Both the position numbers and the translations under genes were made by a program. Below, one piece after another: positions 10,821-18,503 of a DNA stretch of 64,000 bases. Position 1 is the first letter of the stretch. Every line of letters begins with the position of its first letter. This stretch comes from a bacterium. Its GTDB lineage: Bacteria; Zhuqueibacterota; Zhuqueibacteria; Residuimicrobiales; Krinioviventaceae. The stretch is from positions 4,256,001 to 4,320,000 of the forward strand of contig OY843751.1 in the NCBI GenBank assembly GCA_963693055.1, written 5' to 3'. The notes under the pieces were generated by a model that worked only from the letters and a program-made list of their open reading frames with translations, was not told the origin of the DNA and searched no databases.

Positions 10821-11151
10821 TCCGTCCGAAACTCCTCAGACTGTGTGAAAATGAATTAAATTTCAAACAAATAAAATTATATTTATGAGCAAAATTTAAA
10901 AAAGACGTGGAGTGCATTACCTTTATGTAATGCGGGCCGTCGGAGACGGCCTCCATTCAACTATATTTGCATAATAATATTAAACTTACATCACAATAAT
11001 AAATCTATAATATTTGAAAAGCAGGCGGGTTTAAATCGGACCTTCGGTCCGACGCATAACGCCGGTAGGCGGTCACACGCATAAAGGCGATGCAGTCCAA
11101 AAACATAACAATTTTTCTTGTTTTTACACAACCTGTCCTGTTTCGGACGGA
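10821..11151. repeat. REP-like target hairpin TCCGTCCGAAAC-TCCT-GTTTCGGACGGA split by MITE copy 1
   Basis: 10821-10832 and 11140-11151 are perfect reverse complements; the loop TCCT appears on both sides of the insert (10833-10836, 11136-11139). Confidence 0.85.
10837..11135 (+). mobile_element. Non-autonomous IS1182-related MITE, copy 1 (299 bp)
   Basis: Left end CAGACTGTGTGAAAATGA is identical to the IS left end at 13030. Right end TTTTTACACAACCTG is an imperfect inverted repeat. 4-bp duplication TCCT. No credible ORF. Homologous to 57863-58135. Confidence 0.85.
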
Positions 11152-11188
11152 AATGACTCACAAAACTCTGTTTTGTTTTTCACCAGAT

Positions 11189-11212
11189 CACCGGGTGCAT
11201 TTGCGCCCGGTG
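11189..11212. repeat. GC-rich palindrome CACCGGGTGCA-TT-TGCGCCCGGTG (REP-like)
   Basis: 11-bp arms with one G-T wobble, intergenic. Confidence 0.55.
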
Positions 11213-11248
11213 GAACATCACTCAGTACTTGAGACCTGGGAAAATCAC

Positions 11249-11365
11249 TGTCTGAAATATGATTTTTAGGATTCATCAGATGAAAGAATTACAACCATTA
11301 CTCCTTAAATCCCCCTCCCTCATCCTATTAATCCTTTCATCCTACCCATCCTAATTCAGACAAAA
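11249..11365. repeat. Inverted pair of ATCCT/TTCAGACA-type low-complexity repeats
   Basis: TGTCTGAA..TAGGATT (11249 onward) faces AATCCT..CATCCTAATTCAGACAAAA. A direct copy of the right half lies at about 12972-13009. Confidence 0.55.
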
Positions 11366-11498
11366 AAAATTACATATTTCTATTGCTTTATATTACATTT
11401 TTCCATTTATTCATAATGATGGGGGTAGTACAGGATGGGTGTAAGTTTTTCAATAAATAAATTCATTACTAATTGAAAAAAAATAAAAATTAAATTGT

Positions 11499-12245
11499 AT
11501 GAATACAACATTTTTAAATCATTGTAAAGAAGCATATTACTTTGAATTAGAGCGAAAAGATAGAATAAATTCCAATGTCAATATTCATATAACAATAATC
11601 ACTATCGTTATTGGTGCAATTGCTTTCTTTTTAAATAATTTACCTGATCCCCAAATAAATATCATCTTAATTATGATTTTTTATTTATCCTTATTATTGT
11701 CATCAGTTTTTACATTAATAGTATTTTATATCATTTTTAAAACAATTACTGGATACAAGTATGAATTTATTGCATCAACAGAAACATTTGAAAATTACAT
11801 AAATGATGTAAATGCTTATAATAAACAAGTATCAAAAAATGAAAAAATTGACATAAACACCAAATTCGAAAATTTACTATTCAAACAATTTTGCAAATGT
11901 GCAACACGTAATCAAATTAATAATGATAAAAAATCAGGTTATTTGAATTCTTTATCACGAAAACTTAGTATAACAGTAATACTGATTTTTTTTACATCAA
12001 TACCATTTTTTATATTAAATTTTACTCCTGAAAATAAAATTCAAAATATAAGAATAATTAACTTCGAGGATTCTGAAATGTTAGATAAAAAAGATGAAAC
12101 ACCAATAAATAAAAATACTAATGATTCAGATAAAACAAACAATCAAAAACCTGAACCGCCCAAAGAACCAACAACAAGGACTGTATTAGAATCTGAGCAT
12201 GGGCAAGACAAAGATAGTAACAACCTTTCGAGTACTGAAAAATAA
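11499..12245 (+). CDS. Hypothetical membrane protein, about 3 TM helices, very AT-rich
   Basis: 248-aa ORF with hydrophobic segments near residues 28-46, 53-80 and 155-172 and a polar disordered tail; GC much lower than the flanks. Confidence 0.7.
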   Translation: MNTTFLNHCKEAYYFELERKDRINSNVNIHITIITIVIGAIAFFLNNLPDPQINIILIMIFYLSLLLSSVFTLIVFYIIFKTITGYKYEFIASTETFENYINDVNAYNKQVSKNEKIDINTKFENLLFKQFCKCATRNQINNDKKSGYLNSLSRKLSITVILIFFTSIPFFILNFTPENKIQNIRIINFEDSEMLDKKDETPINKNTNDSDKTNNQKPEPPKEPTTRTVLESEHGQDKDSNNLSSTEK

Positions 12246-12373
12246 TTCCCCCTAATTTCAAAATTCATCTTATTAGGAACGAATTATTTGCATAATTTGC
12301 TCCTCGTCAAATCATTGCTGGCTTGTAGTCCGCATAACATAATAAAACATATCCAACCAATAAAGGAACCCCA

Positions 12374-12862
12374 ATGCCCAATATAACCGAATACAAAAAA
12401 CAGATGCAAAAAGGCGACGTGCCCAAAGCGTATCGCACGATCATGCAATACATCATGGACCTGCGCACGCATTTTCAGAAAGCACACCCCGACTTTACCG
12501 TCTCCGGCAGCATCTATTTCGGATACATGGACATGTCTTACTTTGCAGTCATAACGGATTTGTTGAAAAGCCACAAGCTGAAAATCGCCATTGTGTTCAT
12601 CCACGAGACCGTCAGCTTTGAGGTGTGGCTCGCCGCCGCAAACAAACAGGTACAGAAAAAATACTGGCAATACGCCAAACAACACGAGTGGGACAAATAC
12701 CGCATCCCCCAGTCCATCCAGGGCGAGGACTCTATCCTCGAGCACACCCTTACCTCCACCCCGGATTTCGACAAACCCGATTCCCTCACCCACCAAATCG
12801 AAACAGACACTCTGGCATTTATCAAAGATATCGAAGCGTATCTGGCAGATATTTCAAATTGA
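12374..12862 (+). CDS. Hypothetical protein (DUF7000-like)
   Basis: AAGGAA RBS before the ATG; YKKQMQKG..KAY..IMQYIMDLR..F, SIYFGYMDMSYF, FEVWLAAANK pattern recalled as DUF7000. Confidence 0.7.
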   Translation: MPNITEYKKQMQKGDVPKAYRTIMQYIMDLRTHFQKAHPDFTVSGSIYFGYMDMSYFAVITDLLKSHKLKIAIVFIHETVSFEVWLAAANKQVQKKYWQYAKQHEWDKYRIPQSIQGEDSILEHTLTSTPDFDKPDSLTHQIETDTLAFIKDIEAYLADISN

Positions 12863-12898
12863 TCAAATTTTATCATTATTTTTATTTCTACTCATACC

Positions 12899-12924
12899 GC
12901 ACAGGCGGACCTGCGTGTCCGCCC
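12899..12924 (+). repeat. REP-like palindrome, family A
   Basis: GCAC-AGGCGGAC-CTGCGT-GTCCGCCC. Confidence 0.75.
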
Positions 12925-13029
12925 CAATTATATTTCACTGTGTATCCATCCAATTATCTGTCCCTACAAAGCCCCCTCCCTAATCCTACTCATCCTAATT
13001 CAGACAAAAGCCTCTCATTCCCAGGCAGA

Positions 13030-14629
13030 CAGACTGTGTGAAAATGATCTTGAATATATGATATTAAAGTTGGATATTCAAGTTGAAAGGAGAATCCAAC
13101 TATGCGATATGTTCAAGGTCATAATCGAGAGCAGGAGACGATGTTTCCATCGGTAATGGATGACTATGTAACCGAAGATAATCCGGTAAGGTTTCTTGAC
13201 GCTTATGTTGATACTCTTGACTTACTTAAACTCGGATTTACCCATGCAGATCCCCAGGCAGTAGGCAGAAAACCTTACAATCCGGCAGATCTTTTAAAAT
13301 TATACATTTATGGTTATCTCAATCGTGTTCGGTCCAGTCGTATGCTTGAAAAAGAGACAATCAAAAATTTAGAAGTAATATGGTTGCTTCGTGGATTACG
13401 ACCAGACTTTAAAACTATTGCAGATTTTCGAAAGGACAATAAAGGAGCACTTAAAAAAGTACATCGGGAATTTGTCCTTTATTGTCGTGAACTCAATTTG
13501 TTTGCCCTGGAATTGATTGCCATAGACGGCAGTAAATTCGCTGCAGTCAATCACACCAGAAAAGTTTTTAGTAAAACGAAAATAAAAAAAATGATCAATG
13601 AAATAGATCAAAGTATAAATGATTATCTTGAAAATATTGAACAAAATGATAAACATGAAAAGAGTGCCTCCCATCCGTCGGAAAATAAAGTAAAAAAAAA
13701 GATTGAACACCTAAAGACACAAAAAAGCACCCTGCAAGGCTATGAAGCTGAATTAGAGGCAACAGGCGAAACACAGATTGCCCTGACTGATCCTGACTGC
13801 CGTATCATGCGCACGGGACATAAGGGGCAGGATGCGTGTTACAATATTCAAAGTGCAGTTGACGGTAAATACAAGTTGGTCGTTGACTTTGATATTACAA
13901 ACGAAGGGAATGACCTGCATCAACTTGATAATATGACAAACAGGGTGAAAGAGTTATTTCAAATTGAAGGATTCAACGCTGTTGCTGATTTAGGATACTA
14001 TGAGAGAGATGAAATAAAAAAATGCCATGATAATAAAATCGAATGTTTTCTACCGGAAGGTAATAAATCACAGAACAGCGCAAAAGGGCTGTATACCAAT
14101 AAAAGTTTTCAATATAATGCTAAAGACGATTGCTATATTTGCCCCGCAAAACAACAATTGAATTGGACATACTTCAGAAATCATAACGGCAAAAAAGAAA
14201 AGGTATATTGGACTGCGGCTTGTCGAAAATGTAAACTCAAATCAAAATGCACTACAGCCAAAGATGTGCGTCATATTTATCGATGGGAACATGAAGGAAT
14301 CATAGATGAAATGCGCCAACGGGTCAAAGAAAATCCAGAAATCATTGCCGCTAGGCGGAATATAGTGGAACATCCATACGGGACCATAAAATATGCAATG
14401 GGACATTACTATTTTCTTTGTAAAGGGCTTGAAATGGTTAAAACGGAAATGAGTTTATCATTTCTGGCTTACAACATGAAAAGAGTAATGAATATTATTG
14501 GTGTGAAACAATTAATAAGCATTATTAAAATGTATAAAATGAAAACTCGTGATTTTAAATGTTATTTTCCATTTTGTCCCATTAAAGTCTATAAAATAGC
14601 TGTTCTATAGTTTGTTTTCACACAGTCTG
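13030..14629 (+). mobile_element. IS1182-family insertion sequence, complete (1600 bp)
   Basis: Perfect 15-bp terminal inverted repeats CAGACTGTGTGAAAA / TTTTCACACAGTCTG. 3-bp duplication AGA (13027-13029, 14630-14632). Flanked by hairpin arms TCTCATTCCCAGGC (13013-13026) and GCCCGGGAACGAGA (14633-14646). Confidence 0.95.
13102..14610 (+). CDS. IS1182-family DDE transposase
   Basis: GRKPYNPADLLKLYIYGY..SSRMLE, PDFKTIADFRK, AIDGSKF, TDPDCR, VADLGYY, Cys-rich insertion, VEHPYGTIK; RBS AAAGGAGA. Confidence 0.97.
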   Translation: MRYVQGHNREQETMFPSVMDDYVTEDNPVRFLDAYVDTLDLLKLGFTHADPQAVGRKPYNPADLLKLYIYGYLNRVRSSRMLEKETIKNLEVIWLLRGLRPDFKTIADFRKDNKGALKKVHREFVLYCRELNLFALELIAIDGSKFAAVNHTRKVFSKTKIKKMINEIDQSINDYLENIEQNDKHEKSASHPSENKVKKKIEHLKTQKSTLQGYEAELEATGETQIALTDPDCRIMRTGHKGQDACYNIQSAVDGKYKLVVDFDITNEGNDLHQLDNMTNRVKELFQIEGFNAVADLGYYERDEIKKCHDNKIECFLPEGNKSQNSAKGLYTNKSFQYNAKDDCYICPAKQQLNWTYFRNHNGKKEKVYWTAACRKCKLKSKCTTAKDVRHIYRWEHEGIIDEMRQRVKENPEIIAARRNIVEHPYGTIKYAMGHYYFLCKGLEMVKTEMSLSFLAYNMKRVMNIIGVKQLISIIKMYKMKTRDFKCYFPFCPIKVYKIAVL

Positions 14630-14662
14630 AGAGCCCGGGAACGAGAAACAGGATATTTCCAT

Positions 14663-14688
14663 GTACGGGCGAATCTGTGTGTCCGCCC
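14663..14688 (+). repeat. REP-like palindrome, family A
   Basis: GTAC-GGGCGAAT-CTGTGT-GTCCGCCC, preceded by TTCCAT as is the copy at 10785. Confidence 0.75.
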
Positions 14689-14908
14689 TCCCTCATTTCA
14701 CCAATCCTTAAATCCTGTACATCCGGGTTCATCCCCAAGAAAATCACTTGATTCCTACCCGCAAAATGCTAATTTATAACCGTGCTGTGAACGGTTTCAT
14801 GGCATATTCCTTGCAAAATTATCCACATTCGGTATTTAAGTCTTGATGTTGTAAATAATGAACCAGAATTAAAACGCTAACAGACTGATTAAAAAGAAAT
14901 TATACCCA

Positions 14909-17251
14909 ATGCGCAACATGAACCGTCACCACCTGTTTTCTGTCATTTTCCTGTTTTTTCTCCTGATGGGGAGCAATTTACCCGCTCAGGACGGGCAAAC
15001 CCGCGCCTTGTGGATAACCCGCTGGGACTATCAATCACCCGACGATATCAAACAGATTATGCGCAATGCCAGCGCCTATCATTTCAATACCATCCTGTTT
15101 CAGGTACGAGGCACCGGTACGGTAGCCTATCCCTCAAACCTTGAGCCCTGGTCCGCCGAGTTTAACCATACCGATCCCGGTTGGGACCCCCTTCAGCTTG
15201 CGCTTGAACTGGCACACGGTTATAACATGGAGCTGCACGCCTGGATCAACGTTTATCCCGGTTGGGGTGGCAAACAAGCACCAAACGATCCCAATCAACT
15301 TTACAACAGCCACAAAGACTGGTTCATGACCGATCAGGCCGGTAATCCCCAGGCGCTGAACAGCCACTATGTATGGCTCTCCCCCACGCATCCGCTGGTA
15401 CAAAAACATATTCTCAATCTATGCAGGGAGCTCTATTCCCGCTACAACATTGACGGCATTCATCTCGACTATTTCAGATACCCCGGTCCCGGATTTTCTT
15501 ATGATCCGGCATCCATTAAAATATTCCAGTTCAAAACCGGTCACACCCCGGATGAGGTCCCCTATACCTGGAACAAATGGCGGCGCAATAACATCAGTCT
15601 GCTGTTGGCAAAACTGCACAGGGCGCTCAAAGAACACAATCCTGAAATGATTCTTAGCGCTTCGGTTGTGGGTAATTACAGTCGCGGATACAACATGTTT
15701 TTTCAGGACAGCCACGGTTGGCTCGCCAACAATATCGTCGATGCGGTTTACCCCATGGTCTACACATCCGATTCTTTACTCTTTCGCAACTGGACCACCC
15801 AGCATCTGTTCAATACACACGATCGACATATATACCCCGGTATTCTAATCAATTCTCCCGATCAGATGGCAGACCAGATACGTATTTCCAACACGCTCAA
15901 TACAAAGGGGCTCGCACTGTTCTCGTACGGCAAGCTGTTTCCTTCGCATTTCCCGGATCCGGTTTACACCCAAAAGCTGGAAGCAGCCTTTGGCCCCTCT
16001 ACCCGTCCCGCTTCCCTGCCATGGAAAGCCTATGCCGGAGATTCGCAAGGTCCTGTTATCTCAGAGATCAAAACCATACCCGCATCTCTCGATGATCACA
16101 CAAAGTTTAAAATTGCCGCATACATTACAGATCCATCCGGTGTTTATGACGACAAAACCGGTCCCGAAGGCCAGGGCATTTACCTGATCTTTGACCGGCA
16201 GTGGCCGCCCAAAGACGGACAACAGTATAAAATGAGCCGGGTCAAAAAATCTGACAACTGGTACATAACAGACAAGTCCATACCCCCGCAAAGTATAGGG
16301 CTCGATTTCCGCTGCAGAATTTTCGCATGGGATGACTATCACGAATCAGCCAATCACCCCAAACGCAATTTGGGATACAGCGATATCTGGTCTTTTTCAA
16401 TCCTGAAAACTGACGATCATTATATATCCAAAGGTAAATGGGGACCGTCACTATGGCGGCCAACCTCGCTCGCTATCGATTCTCAGCAAAACATCTGGAT
16501 AGGCGGCATCAGTGAGAATCCTGTCACAGTATTGAAGCAGAACGGTGAACCCACGTTATTCTCGCCCATCACGGAAGCGCTGAACGAATATGGCAATCCC
16601 TTGCAAATCCAGTCTGTCTCCTGCCTGGCTTATTCCGGCAATGGATATATTTACGCGCTGGATTCTGATAATCCCGGTCTCATACTACGCTTTTTCACCC
16701 GAAACGGTATTGCAGATACAGCTTGGGTAACCAATTATCCCGCAAGCGCTCTCGATTGTGATGATTATGGTAATATTTATCTACTCGAAAGTCGTACTGC
16801 CAAATGGCATGTGCTGAACAAGCAGGGTGTTGAATTAAAAAACAGTCCTTTTGGTGAGGGACATTTCGGGCATGACATTGCAGTGCTAAGAGATGGCTCT
16901 GCGGTCTTTATAAACGATCTGTCTACAAATTCAGTACAACAATGGAACGGTGCCATAGAAGGCGAATACGCGCGTTTTTGGCAAAGTGATGACCTGCCGG
17001 CAGTAGATCTGGATGTGGGTAGAATTACATCAAAATCAAACTTTGTTTATGTCTCGCACAGCCAAAGGGGAATTATCACCATCTATAGTAGAGCGGGCTA
17101 TCCTGTAACGCATTTGACCGGCGGAACACCGCCATTATATGCGCCAATGGATATAGCAATATCCAAAGACGGATCAACGCTATATGTTTTGGAAGCTCCG
17201 GGTAACGGACCGTCTCAATTGATAAAATGGAATAAACAGGCAGGTAATTAA
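14909..17251 (+). CDS. Secreted glycosyl hydrolase-like 10 (GHL10/DUF187) protein with a C-terminal NHL-like beta-propeller
   Basis: Signal peptide, RALWITRW, FNTILFQVRG, WDPL..ELHAWINV, DGIHLDYFRYP, PMVY; C-terminal PTSLAID and PMDIAIS repeats. Confidence 0.85.
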   Translation: MRNMNRHHLFSVIFLFFLLMGSNLPAQDGQTRALWITRWDYQSPDDIKQIMRNASAYHFNTILFQVRGTGTVAYPSNLEPWSAEFNHTDPGWDPLQLALELAHGYNMELHAWINVYPGWGGKQAPNDPNQLYNSHKDWFMTDQAGNPQALNSHYVWLSPTHPLVQKHILNLCRELYSRYNIDGIHLDYFRYPGPGFSYDPASIKIFQFKTGHTPDEVPYTWNKWRRNNISLLLAKLHRALKEHNPEMILSASVVGNYSRGYNMFFQDSHGWLANNIVDAVYPMVYTSDSLLFRNWTTQHLFNTHDRHIYPGILINSPDQMADQIRISNTLNTKGLALFSYGKLFPSHFPDPVYTQKLEAAFGPSTRPASLPWKAYAGDSQGPVISEIKTIPASLDDHTKFKIAAYITDPSGVYDDKTGPEGQGIYLIFDRQWPPKDGQQYKMSRVKKSDNWYITDKSIPPQSIGLDFRCRIFAWDDYHESANHPKRNLGYSDIWSFSILKTDDHYISKGKWGPSLWRPTSLAIDSQQNIWIGGISENPVTVLKQNGEPTLFSPITEALNEYGNPLQIQSVSCLAYSGNGYIYALDSDNPGLILRFFTRNGIADTAWVTNYPASALDCDDYGNIYLLESRTAKWHVLNKQGVELKNSPFGEGHFGHDIAVLRDGSAVFINDLSTNSVQQWNGAIEGEYARFWQSDDLPAVDLDVGRITSKSNFVYVSHSQRGIITIYSRAGYPVTHLTGGTPPLYAPMDIAISKDGSTLYVLEAPGNGPSQLIKWNKQAGN

Positions 17252-18108
17252 CGGGTCATCAACATGGCGCAAGGCAAATTCTGCAAAGCCAGCTCCAGTT
17301 GTTGAGGAAATAATCGGTCCCACAAATTCAAACGACTACGGGGACCATGCACAATAAACAAGTCCGCCATAATTTCACGAGTCAGATCTAGCGTTGTTGA
17401 ACGGCTCTTTTCGTTCAAACACCGGGTCTGAAAGCTAATACCCTCTGTATCAAACTCGGCAATAAAAGATTTCAGCTTGTCATCTTCTTTTTTATAAATA
17501 TCTTTGATCTTTTTAGCGTCATTGCTTAGTGTCTTTTTATCAGCAAGATCAGGTATACGAAACGTATGCGTAAAAAACAGATCTCGTGTCCCCAATTCTT
17601 GCGCTATATTAATAGCGACCTGAACAGCCAGTCTGGCTTCATCATCATACTCTACCGCACAATGGATACGTTGCAGAGGCATTGGTTTGATCTGGGGTTC
17701 CGTCATTAACAATACAGAACAAGGCGCATGTCGTGCAATGCTTCTAGCCACAGAACCAAGATAATACTTTAAAAATCCTTCTTTTTTCAAGGCTCCGGCA
17801 ACTATTAAATCTGCATCATATTCTTTGGCCACATCAATCAAAACATCGGCAGGATTACCATTCCGAACAAAGCAGATTGGCGGGTGTTTTTTAAAATTAG
17901 ACTGGTCTATAGCCTCTTCCAGCTTTATACGTTGCGAAGCCGTTTCGTCACCTGCATGCACAATGATTGGCCAGGTGCCCATCATTTTTAACAATCGATG
18001 AGATTCATTCAACACCGCAGTCAATCTTGGGGAGAATGCGGCAGCAACAACAGCCCGTTTAAAAACAGGTTCTCCTAAAGAATCATTCATATCAAACGGC
18101 TCTAACAC
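17248..18108 (-). CDS. Universal stress protein (tandem USP domains)
   Basis: GNPADVLIDVAKEYDADLIVAG, LGSVARSIARHAPCSVL, second domain ending LPCAML. Confidence 0.88.
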   Translation of the reverse strand: MLEPFDMNDSLGEPVFKRAVVAAAFSPRLTAVLNESHRLLKMMGTWPIIVHAGDETASQRIKLEEAIDQSNFKKHPPICFVRNGNPADVLIDVAKEYDADLIVAGALKKEGFLKYYLGSVARSIARHAPCSVLLMTEPQIKPMPLQRIHCAVEYDDEARLAVQVAINIAQELGTRDLFFTHTFRIPDLADKKTLSNDAKKIKDIYKKEDDKLKSFIAEFDTEGISFQTRCLNEKSRSTTLDLTREIMADLFIVHGPRSRLNLWDRLFPQQLELALQNLPCAMLMTR

Positions 18109-18503
18109 CCTGGTTCTCCTGGATTAAAATAAAACAATAACTTAGCCAATCACGCTTCAAAAATCAAGCACTAAATTCAAGATAAATAAAATATATCAAA
18201 AAGATTTATAATTTTTCAGCGTCTATATAATCAAGAAATTTCAAAACAATTCAACATCGTTTGTATGATTTTGGTCTAATTGTTGCCAAAACAGTGTTAG
18301 AAAATCAATATAAAAATATTATAGTTCTTTCATAAACAATAAAGCAATAAAAACAATAACTTAGAAACCCTACAAGTGTGGTATCCCTTAAGCTGTTACC
18401 TTTATGGGACAAATAAAGACCAAAATTGATTTTCATGCCACATTTTTGTATTTGTAGCAAATATGCTGTTATGCATAAAATTATTCCGGGAAGGTATTTT
18501 GGT

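Noticed and set aside
10738-10956. 72-aa minus-strand ORF
   Set aside because: Reads across REP palindromes and the MITE boundary; no RBS or recognisable protein features.
12284-13041. Several overlapping alternative ORFs (170, 112, 130 and 138 aa)
   Set aside because: Shadow frames of the 12374-12862 gene, which has the RBS and family-like motifs.
10837-14629. Composite transposon from the MITE left end to the IS right end carrying two ORFs
   Set aside because: Each element has its own target duplication and its own split hairpin, so the insertions were independent. Future co-mobilisation remains formally possible.
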